NCBI GenBank assembly: GCA_034226945.1
Contig: CP120455.1
Span: forward strand, 992,001-1,056,000
Direction: 5' to 3'
Source: Picochlorum sp. SENEW3
Lineage: Eukaryota
Length of the DNA: 64,000 bases
This document shows, in pieces, positions 29,260-38,268 of the stretch (positions within the stretch are counted from its first letter, which is position 1; each line of letters opens with the position of its first letter). The position numbers and the translations under genes were made by a program. The notes below the pieces were generated by a model. That model was not told where the DNA came from. It searched no databases and saw nothing but the letters and a program-made list of their open reading frames with translations.

Positions 29260-30108
29260 TCATTCTCCAATGGCATCTCTGCCAGGCTGGCATGGGTATT
29301 CCTTATGGTGTATTTTAAAAGTACGCATGATGCGCTTGATAGCACGACGCACGCGTCCATGAGGTATCGGTTTTGAAAAAGGTTCGTACTGCTCGACTCG
29401 AGGATACAAATACCCCGGCTGCCATGGCATATCCGACATGCCATGGACTCGCTCATATACCTGCCCAGTCTCTCGGTGCCTCCATGTCATGGTCACAGAG
29501 TAGGTGCCACGATGCTTCAGAAACATATCACATATTCGACATGACAATCCGTATGGTCTATAAAAGTCACCCTGTGGGCCCGCATATTTCAAGACGCGCG
29601 AGGTGACGTCCTCCTCTGTGCCCATTGACAACCCATAGAATCTGCGCAACACAGCCTTCTGAAGTGTCACAGTCCCAGCCATGCCCGTGGAATGAAACAC
29701 AGTATCGAGTGACGACAACAACGATTTCTTATATCCTTCTATGAGCGCATCGCCGCGCAACACGATTCGATACTTTTTACCCCGAAACTTGTACCGAACT
29801 TCCGCGCTGCTGGTTCTGCCGCCCCTGTCCAAGAGCTTGCACAGCAGCCCTGTAAAACAACTCGCCTTCTCCTTCCATTGCTGCGTGCAATCACGGACGA
29901 AACCAAACCTTGTTCTCATGCATATTTTATACAGGTATAGATCAGTATATCCCGGGCATCTATACAATATTCGCGGTGGTTTTCTCATGATGCCCTTCAA
30001 GAGAGGAAGGTTCCCTTGCATGCTTTGGCGCAGCACGCCTTGAGACTGTTGCAGAACGACAAGCACATGCTGCAGCAATTGCTGCAGCCAATACATCCGG
30101 AGCAGCAT
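29260..30108 (-). CDS. Hypothetical protein resembling a conserved Nucleocytoviricota family (KYAGP.GDF motif)
   Basis: VRYKFRGKKYR ... TLQKAVL ... DVTSRVLKYAGPQGDFY; intronless; AT-rich leader before ATG 30108; the family resemblance is from memory. Confidence 0.6.
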   Translation of the reverse strand: MLLRMYWLQQLLQHVLVVLQQSQGVLRQSMQGNLPLLKGIMRKPPRILYRCPGYTDLYLYKICMRTRFGFVRDCTQQWKEKASCFTGLLCKLLDRGGRTSSAEVRYKFRGKKYRIVLRGDALIEGYKKSLLSSLDTVFHSTGMAGTVTLQKAVLRRFYGLSMGTEEDVTSRVLKYAGPQGDFYRPYGLSCRICDMFLKHRGTYSVTMTWRHRETGQVYERVHGMSDMPWQPGYLYPRVEQYEPFSKPIPHGRVRRAIKRIMRTFKIHHKEYPCQPGRDAIGE

Positions 30109-30690
30109 TGTATCTATTTCTCTATATAAAATATATTGAATGTCCAAACTCTCAGGATGATGAAGAATGTATCGAGGCGAGCGTGAGCGCTTTCCTGTGT
30201 CTTGTTCTCAACAACAAAGTGGACACTCACTGTCCTCCTCCTCATTGTCCCTCATTCTGATTCTCCATACAATACTTGCCATATAATTAATCTTTTTATA
30301 TACTATAGGGGTCGCAAAGGAAGAATGATTCTCTTTCTCAAGGGTAGCACGGACCCTATCAAAGATGTGGGTGTCCACTTTAATGTGGACCGACAATCAC
30401 CAAAATCATATTGCTCCTTGCAGCACACCTCGACACCCAAGCAATAGTTACGTGATAGCACTCTATTGCAATGATGAGACGTCATGAATGACACATGCGA
30501 AACCCAATGGGATCTTGCAAGAGAGAGTACTATTCATATTCAAATTTGAAACATTGAAAAAATTCAACTGTTTTATAAAATCATTCGCAATCAATCCATA
30601 TGCGGTATATTATTTATATATCGATATTCATTATTGAATATCGAACAATACTTCTAAGGAACAGTTTGCTCAATTCCAGCAAGGTTTATC

Positions 30691-31086
30691 ATGTCTCGTT
30701 CATATCAAAGAGAGCTTGAGTATCTCGAGAAACTTCTCGAGAAGGGTGTCAACGCCACCGCCAAACACTGGATTCAATATCTTATTAAAAATCCTCATGA
30801 AATCGAATTCGAGTTACTGACCAGTGGGAACGCTGGCGCGTGGCTAGCGAAGACTCCCGCCATCTTGCAAAAGTGGAACAACCAACTCATGTTTGTTCAA
30901 TTTCTTGATGGAAACACGTGGAACTGTTCTCCACTGAATTTGAGGATGACCTCACTCCCTGTTATTTTGAATCAGTGGGATGACGAACACTGGAGAACTG
31001 ATTGGGATCTGGAACTGAATGTATCCGAAATTCAACTCGTTTTGAATCCCAACTGGAGACATGGTCTTGTCATGAGAAGGAATTAA
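30691..31086 (+). CDS. Hypothetical 131-aa Trp-rich protein with degenerate HNH-like motif, possibly of giant-virus origin
   Basis: VQFLDGNTWNCSPLNLR resembles V.H.DGN..N....NL; WRTDWDLEL; clean ATG..TAA in an AT-rich context. Confidence 0.6.
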   Translation: MSRSYQRELEYLEKLLEKGVNATAKHWIQYLIKNPHEIEFELLTSGNAGAWLAKTPAILQKWNNQLMFVQFLDGNTWNCSPLNLRMTSLPVILNQWDDEHWRTDWDLELNVSEIQLVLNPNWRHGLVMRRN

Positions 31087-31528
31087 TCTGCATGATTGCA
31101 TGATGATGATGAAATTTCTCGTATATTTTTGTAACACTCTCATCGTATGCATATTCTATTATAATTCAATCTACTATTTTTGAATTATGTTGAAATCAAT
31201 TCCATTTCAATCAATGATGACAAACAAGAACACTGAGAAAGAGACTTGAGTCTCTTTTATTCTTCTATTCTAGGAAAAAGAGAGACCTTTCGAGGCAATC
31301 CCTGCAGTTGAAGCATCAACAATCCCCTTGTGGCTGATACAGATGAGTAATCAATCCCATTATTTACAAATGTATGCATACTAGCAACTCTCTAGGAGCG
31401 GATCCTCATATTGTGTTGTTCATCCGAGTCAACGGGGACATTGTGCCACGCACACACAGTTCACTCCTCGCAGGTGTACAGCGTTTCTGCGAGTTAGATA
31501 GATTTGGTTTATGCATATATAGGCTACA

Positions 31529-33246
31529 ATGGCTAGAAAAATTGTATCTAAACTCCGACATGTGGATTTCTATCGGAAGATTCCGAGGTAGGTTCTGCAA
31601 AGTGCAAAAGATGCCGATCTGCCGCTGGCTTTTAGGATTATGTTGCTGTTATGGATGAATATTGTGCTTTTCTATCAATACTACACGTGTAGTTGTATAT
31701 TAATGGGTCCCCTTGTATCTGTGTAGTGATCTGACGGAGGCCACGTTGGCGGGTGGTTCCCTGTCTATTGCAGCAGCTGTGTTTATTGCATTTCTGGTCG
31801 TGGCTGTACGTGTCGGATCATTGATGTATTCTTCATATCAATATAAGATGAATAATGGCCTGATTATTACAGGAGTTTAAATCGTTCATGGCGTTGGAAA
31901 CAGAGAGCCATATGGTTGTTGATAGAAGTCCTCCTGGGGAGTTGTTGAGGGTTAATTTCAATATTTCATTCCCTGCTCTCTCCTGTGAGTATGCCACATT
32001 AGATGTGAGTGATGCGATTGGATCGAAAAAGCTTAATCTGACGAAAACAGTGCGGAAGACGGTGATTGATGAGGTGTCCCTGAGGAGGGTTGGGCGCTCT
32101 GTGGAAGACTTCCAGAGGCCAGAGCCAAAGTATGACGACGCCGTGGTTGACTTTGACGATGAGGATTTTGATGAAGAAGACTTTAAGCAGTCGTTGAATG
32201 AAAAGACGTGGGATGCTCATATGAAGCATTATGATGTGGTGGTTGTGAATTTCTTTGCTCCGTGGTGCTCATGGTGCCAGCAGTTGTCACCAACATGGGA
32301 GGCTGTCACCCAAGCTATTCACGAGAAGTATCCAGAGAGCGATGGGCGTATTCGTATGGCAAAAGTGGATTGCGTGGCGAATAAAAAGCTGTGTGTTGAA
32401 CACCAGATTACCGCATATCCATCGATTCGAATCTTCATCCATGGGTCTGATGATGTTACGGTACGGTACACGTGTGGTAGTACTCACTATTCGTATGTTT
32501 TGCATCTCTGAGCGCTTGTCTTGTGTATGCAGAATGTCATGGGTCAACACATGCATCTTGCGTATTATGGAGACAGGACGATGGAGGCGTTGACAAGATT
32601 GGCAGAGCAGGCTGCCGTGGCACAGGGCAAACCCCATCACGGAATCACACAAGCAAGCACGGTAAGCCAAGAGGGAAGTGGATGCAATTTCCAGGGAATG
32701 ATTTTAGCCAAAAAGGTGCCAGGCACGCTTCATTTTTCAGCCAGAGCACCCGGCCATTCCGTCGATTACATGAACATGAACATGTCCCACCACGTGCATC
32801 ACTTTTACTTTGGCAACAAACCCACCCCTCGTCGCAGAAAAGCCTTGGTCCAGTACCACCCATTAGGATTGACCTCAGATTGGTCTGATAAACTCTCAGG
32901 AATGGCATTCGTGTCCAACTATGTCGGAGCCACATTTGAACACTATTTACAGACAGTCTTGACATCAATTCAGCCAAAGAAGAACAAGTGGGCCCGGTTT
33001 GATGCTTATGAATACACTGCTCAAAGCCACACGTATGATACCGCAGACCACGCGTCTGTCAAGTTTACATACAAAATGTCGCCGATTCAAATCGTGGTGA
33101 ACGAAAAGTCAAAGCCTTTGTATCATTTCATTACCGCCATGTGTGCTGTTGTCGGTGGAGTCTTTACAGTCTTGGGAATGCTGGATTCGGCAGTCTATTC
33201 GGCAAAATCGTTGAAGAAAAAAGTTGATCTGGGAAAGCAGGGATGA
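31529..33246 (+). CDS. PDI-C / ERGIC (Erv41/46-like) protein with thioredoxin domain; exons 31529-31587, 31727-31805, 31873-32460, 32533-33246
   Basis: LRHVDFYRKIP.DLTEATLAG, VNFNISFPALSCEYATLDVSD, FFAPWCSWC, KKVPGTLHFS, CAVVGGVFTV.G, KKVDLGKQG. Confidence 0.9.
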
Positions 33247-33392
33247 TGGCGTATATGTAATTTTATATATGTAATCATTGTTAGTAGAGGTACATATACG
33301 ACGTAGATTTTCATGGTATGACGAGCTGCAGGAGAGAATAAAGAAAAAAGCATTTGTGTGATTTTCCACAGAAGAGACCAAAAAACGTCACG

Positions 33393-34136
33393 ATGGATGA
33401 GGAAAACCCAGGGAATACGCTATATGTGAATAATTTATACGAAAAAATAACGCAGGATGGTACGTGTGCATTCTCTGGAGACGAATCAGACAGGAATACA
33501 AATCACATGAGGCGCTTTTTTTTTGTAGATTTGATGCAAGCTTTGCGCTGCATGTTCCAGCGATATGGCACTATTCTAGATATCATAGCTCGAAAGACGT
33601 ATAAACTGCGAGGGCAGGCGTGGGTTGTGTTTGCGCGCCCCGAGGAAGCTCAAGCAGCGAAGGAGCAGCTGGACGGCTTTCCTTTTATGAATAAACCTAT
33701 TAGAATCGCCTTTGCCAAGACAAAGTCGGATGCTGTTGCTCGACAAGATGGTACATATGATGAGAAGAAGGTGGAAGAGAGGAAGAAAATGCGACGGGAT
33801 GCATGGGAGGCAAAGGTTCAGGCTGCTTTGCAAAAGGAGCAGGAGGCTGTTGGTGGTAGAGCACCAGGTGCGAAGAAAGAGCAGGCGAGCAATCCGCGCT
33901 GTACTATTTTGGTGGAGAATATTCCCAAAGAGGCTAATGAAGGCATGCTTTTACTCGTGTTTCAACGTTTTGCTGGGCTTAAAGAAGTTAGAATGGGACG
34001 TGGGTCCAAAGCAGAGACTGCCCATGTTGAATATGACAATGAGGAGGGTGCATCTGCAGCTGTTGCTGGGCTGCAAGGTTTTAAATTAGCGACGGATAAG
34101 CCAATGAAGTTGACCATTATAGAAAATGCACCATAG
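33393..34136 (+). CDS. U1A/U2B''-family snRNP protein (two RRMs); intron ~33460-33528
   Basis: NTLYVNNLYEKI, YG.ILDI.A.KT.KLRGQAWVVF, GFPF.NKP.RIAFAKTKSD, second RRM ILVENIP. Confidence 0.9.
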   Translation: MDEENPGNTLYVNNLYEKITQDGTCAFSGDESDRNTNHMRRFFFVDLMQALRCMFQRYGTILDIIARKTYKLRGQAWVVFARPEEAQAAKEQLDGFPFMNKPIRIAFAKTKSDAVARQDGTYDEKKVEERKKMRRDAWEAKVQAALQKEQEAVGGRAPGAKKEQASNPRCTILVENIPKEANEGMLLLVFQRFAGLKEVRMGRGSKAETAHVEYDNEEGASAAVAGLQGFKLATDKPMKLTIIENAP

Positions 34137-34414
34137 ATATTGTTTCTCTTCTTGTAGTGCATTGTGCACTGCACTGACTGACATTCATCAGGAGCACATT
34201 GTTTGTGTTTTCCATGATTCTGCTTGTTACAAATCTATCTTGGTATATATATCTGAGATGGTTGAAATATCGTTCGACTCTCGAGTCGAGAATGAACTGG
34301 TAAAACCGGACTTGACACTGTTAAAAAAGGTACATGACCACCATCATGGTGTCTAGAACAAGCCACCATGATGTGCAGGATGGCTAGAACAAAGCTGGAC
34401 ATCCACGCGCATGG

Positions 34415-34699
34415 CTAATCATCAAAATCGTATTCGCTTCTCATATAACATTCCCTCGTTTCCCCATCACAATCGCACGAGCAGGTTGTCTTTCCACTGC
34501 TGTCAGTAGAAAGGTCTTGAGTGCAGCCATTGTCACAGCGGTAGCACACCCCGCCAACTGAATTTCCTCCGTTGCAGTACTGGTTCCAATCATCATCATC
34601 CCAGTCGTCATCATCCCAGTCGTCATCAGCGAGGGACGGACGGGCCATCGACAGCACCACGAGGAGGAAGAAGAGCAAGGCAAGAAGATGTCTTGACAT
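34415..34699 (-). CDS. Small secreted acidic cysteine-rich peptide (94 aa)
   Basis: Signal peptide, DDDW-DDDDW-DDDDW, eight Cys in the mature part. Confidence 0.75.
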   Translation of the reverse strand: MSRHLLALLFFLLVVLSMARPSLADDDWDDDDWDDDDWNQYCNGGNSVGGVCYRCDNGCTQDLSTDSSGKTTCSCDCDGETRECYMRSEYDFDD

Positions 34700-35234
34700 G
34701 GCTGGCTGTAAAATAGTTTTCAACAAATATTGTGTCCTGAATGTTGTTTGGGTTTTTTGTGACACGATCGCATGAATAAGATTCTCACTTTATCCGTTCC
34801 GATGTTCTTCCATTCATGTCGTAGCGTAACGATGGAGGTGGGCCAATCCAATAATCCAATGAAATTTTCTTCTCCATGTTGTACATGGATGCACCTGTAC
34901 TGCATAATAAGGCAACATATCTGAATGATCCAGGCCCACTCGTTCATCATATACTACTGTCTATACATGGTAGATTCGCCCATGGATAGTGCATATATAC
35001 TGTAGCATACATGTATGCACAAGTCATGTGAATGCCACGTGGCATTGAGCACTCTCACTGCAGTACCAGAGTGGCACTACCTGAATCATGATCTACTTCA
35101 TCCACCTCATATTTAATGCGTTAACAATACACTATTGAGACAAAGATAGTGATCAGATAGTCATATGAGATGTGAGAATAGAGCATTTTGAAGCAGAAGA
35201 TATTTTTTCAATGTTCAATTCGCTTTGAGATCAC

Positions 35235-35936
35235 ATGAGGCTTGTCGGTTTGACTGGAGGGATTGCGTGTGGGAAAAGTACCGTATCTAAATATATTAGA
35301 GATCTTGGGATTGCTGTGATCGATTGTGATGTGATTGCTAGGGACGTTGTTCGTCCTGGGAGGTGGGGATACTCTCGAGTCGTGGCTGCATTTCAGGGCG
35401 ATCCATCGTATTCTGAGAAACTGTTTCATCCTGATGGGTCACTGGATAAAGAAGCTTTGGGTTCACTCGTGTTTCGGAACAAGGAGGCGAGGAGAAGGTT
35501 GAATGCAGCGACCCATCTGCCGATTTTGCTTCGGATTCTGCAAGACATTGTGCAGCACTGGATCTTCTGTAGACGACTCGTGGTCATTGATATGCCGTTG
35601 CTTTTTGAGACTGGATTTTATCATGTGACCAAACCATATAATATTGTGGTGGCTTGCGCCAGAGATGTTCAGATTCAGAGGTTGATGGAGAGAGATGGGT
35701 TGTCTGAGGCTGCCAGTGTTCAGAGAATTGATGCTCAAATTCCTATTCAGAAGAAGCAGAGCATGGCGAATTATGTGATACAGAATGGGCAGGATATGTC
35801 ACTGGATGGTCTGAAAATTCAGGTGGAGAAAATGATGATGACCATCCGTCGGAAATCCGTTGTGCACTCGTTTGTGACTTCTCCATTTGGTGTGTGTATT
35901 GGAATCTTCATCATTGGGAGGATGATATGGGGGTGA
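35235..35936 (+). CDS. DPCK: Dephospho-CoA kinase
   Basis: MRLVGLTGGIACGKSTVS, IDCDVIARDVV.PG, LNAATH, VVIDMPLLFE, QIQRLMERDG. Confidence 0.95.
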   Translation: MRLVGLTGGIACGKSTVSKYIRDLGIAVIDCDVIARDVVRPGRWGYSRVVAAFQGDPSYSEKLFHPDGSLDKEALGSLVFRNKEARRRLNAATHLPILLRILQDIVQHWIFCRRLVVIDMPLLFETGFYHVTKPYNIVVACARDVQIQRLMERDGLSEAASVQRIDAQIPIQKKQSMANYVIQNGQDMSLDGLKIQVEKMMMTIRRKSVVHSFVTSPFGVCIGIFIIGRMIWG

Positions 35937-35986
35937 CGTCTTGTTGGTTACAAAATTCTAATAGGGTCTTGAATAGTAGTAATAAT

Positions 35987-36784
35987 TTATGGAATCAAAA
36001 CGGAGTCGATAAAGGTGATGTATCCTTTGCATGCATTCACATCAGATTGAATCACTGTGGCCTCGTTGGTTGCTCCAGAGATTGTAAATCCAGTCAGGCC
36101 TCCTTCCCATGTCGTGTTCTTGGGCAACACAAACTTTGATGACTTTAATGGGCCCGCATCAGTGAGGCTCGTTGTCATTTCGGGACCCAGAGACATGAAA
36201 GGAGTACTCCAAAGAGCATTGTATTGCTCATTGGGTGGTAAAATGTGGTATCGGAGCACCCTAGAAATATCAATGTTTCCGTTTGCTTTTGCTTCTTGTA
36301 CAGCTTGGTTGCTTGGAACAAGAACGGTTGCCGCAAATCCTGCTTCTTTCAGCATATCGGCAATTTCCGAGTCCTGATCCACAAGAGACAGGAATTCATT
36401 GCCCCCATACTGTTGAATTAATGAATAGAAATCCTTGCAGCAATTGCATCGTCCGCATGTAATTTGACAATAGTGCTCTGGTATAAGATCTGCATCTCCT
36501 CCAAACATGAGATTATTCCAGCAAAGGCCTTGCTTCTTTGCTTCGAGGCATGAGGAATAAATCTTTCCATCACCATACAATCTGGGCTCTGCATCAGAGC
36601 ATTGGCAAGGAAGCTCTACTGGATCGCGAGTACCATCATCGGGCCCTTTGATTGGAACTTCTCCTCTACTCACGCCCTGTCCATTGTAACAGCATTCGCC
36701 CCATGTATCGCGAGGATTGCGTGCAAGGACTTGATGGGCACAGAGCACCATGGCAAGCACAGGCAGAAGGCGAAGGACAGGCAT
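35987..36784 (-). CDS. Secreted protein: Cys-rich (ShK-like) module + fasciclin (FAS1) domain
   Basis: Signal peptide; C..AK..GLC....YCQITCGRC; TVLVPSNQA, VLRYHIL, ACKGYITFIDSVLIP. Confidence 0.8.
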   Translation of the reverse strand: MPVLRLLPVLAMVLCAHQVLARNPRDTWGECCYNGQGVSRGEVPIKGPDDGTRDPVELPCQCSDAEPRLYGDGKIYSSCLEAKKQGLCWNNLMFGGDADLIPEHYCQITCGRCNCCKDFYSLIQQYGGNEFLSLVDQDSEIADMLKEAGFAATVLVPSNQAVQEAKANGNIDISRVLRYHILPPNEQYNALWSTPFMSLGPEMTTSLTDAGPLKSSKFVLPKNTTWEGGLTGFTISGATNEATVIQSDVNACKGYITFIDSVLIP

Positions 36785-37176
36785 TCTCGCTTCTCCGTGT
36801 ATGCGAATGTAGATTGTTGATTAATGATTGAAATAGCCTTCAAAATGTATAGACAGTATTGTATCACGTGTGGGTGTCATGGGAAAGATGGCTCACGCGT
36901 CGTCCTAGGCACGGGGCTTCTTGGAGGGAACGATGTGAGCTATAATGAAAAGCACTCTTGTTTGACTTTGAAGATTCAAATATGCTGTGGTCCCCTCCCC
37001 TCCGATGATGCCAAGACATGGAATTATCGTTCAAACTGCTGCGTTGAGAAATGCGAGTCCCCAGACTATTTGATTCGCGAATCGCTGGTGTACACAGGCC
37101 GTTGACAGTTGTGGGCTGCAGCTTGTTCCTGCATGTACAGCATCACCAGTGTATGAGAATAACAATGTCATAGTAA

Positions 37177-37932
37177 TTAAATGGCGTTGCCTCTATATAT
37201 GTAAACGCACCGTATTATCTCTGTGTTTCGAAAAGAATGTCTCCCGCGACTTTGCTGGCTTGGCAAGGTAGATCTTTGGCGAGGATTTGCTGCCGTCCCA
37301 CTAGAGTCCTGGGGACGAAATGCCTGTACACGTGCTCTGTTCTCTTGCACTGGACGCAGAGCACCGTCCCTCTTTTTCTTTGGCGTATCTTTTGAAGTAT
37401 TTGATGATGGACTCAAATGATGGTTCAAATGTTTGAATGAGCTTTGTAGTGCTTCATACTGCTCCTTCAGCTTGATGATTTCTTGTGTCATTTGACTCGG
37501 CCTTCTTGTGGTTGTCTTGGATTGTGATGCACTCTTATTGAGTTTTGAAGAGCATGCCATACCTTTCGGTGATGCATTGGATCTTGGTGCCACCTGCTTG
37601 CATGATCCGGATGAATGGAGCACCCACGAGTCCCCTTGCACACCAATCCTTTTCATTGGTTGAGTCCTTGGTCCAAAGTTTTTTCTAGCGCACGGGTTTT
37701 CCGAGACGCGCTCCTCTTTTCTGATACAAATCTCTTCCTTTACATCTGCTACATAGTTCTTTGGGTGATAGGCTTCTTCTTGGGCATCCAATCCACTGTG
37801 AATAGTGCTCACGGTTAATGGTACCGGGGCTCCCTGGACATCACCAGCCATTTCTTCATCTTGGTCGACTCGGTCATCGTATGTCGAACTTTTCAAGCCT
37901 AGACATCTCATAAATATACGTGGAATCATCAT
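37177..37932 (-). CDS. Hypothetical basic low-complexity protein with short coiled coil
   Basis: 251-aa ATG ORF; EIIKLKEQYEALQSSF heptad; the 3' end may be spliced. Confidence 0.55.
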   Translation of the reverse strand: MMIPRIFMRCLGLKSSTYDDRVDQDEEMAGDVQGAPVPLTVSTIHSGLDAQEEAYHPKNYVADVKEEICIRKEERVSENPCARKNFGPRTQPMKRIGVQGDSWVLHSSGSCKQVAPRSNASPKGMACSSKLNKSASQSKTTTRRPSQMTQEIIKLKEQYEALQSSFKHLNHHLSPSSNTSKDTPKKKRDGALRPVQENRARVQAFRPQDSSGTAANPRQRSTLPSQQSRGRHSFRNTEIIRCVYIYRGNAI

Positions 37933-38268
37933 CGTGCGGCTGAAAGGAACGGTCGCTCGAATAGGCGACCAGTTGTACTTTTCTGAAATTCAGATGCCAA
38001 CCAGGTATAACGCAGATACGTCCTTTGGGCCACGCGGAGATGAACTCTCACAAATTGTTCCTATAGTACTCGATCAAAATAATGTGTACGACACTGTCAT
38101 CATAAATTAATAGTCCATGGATACGAATCGACGTTTCAGATCGTTGTCGACGTTCAACGTTTGTTGACCAGGGCCTAAAAAAAAAAGTCCTTTGGGGGTG
38201 TGGTCCATCCATGGATTCGGTTGAGCCGGTGGCAATTGAGGCGAGGAATACACCAATTTACAAGGAAT

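Larger units (their letters stand above)
29206..31223. mobile_element. Putative ~2-kb insertion (virus-like cargo) flanked by the 14-bp direct repeat ATCAATGATGACAA
   Basis: Identical 14-mers at 29206-29219 and 31210-31223; imperfect inverted 12-mers at 29225-29236 and 31194-31205; two intronless orphan ORFs inside. Confidence 0.6.

Noticed and set aside
38104..38217. TCCATGGAT...ATCCATGGA inverted pair around an A-tract, as a MITE
   Set aside because: Very short self-palindromic match, no TSD, no second copy in the window
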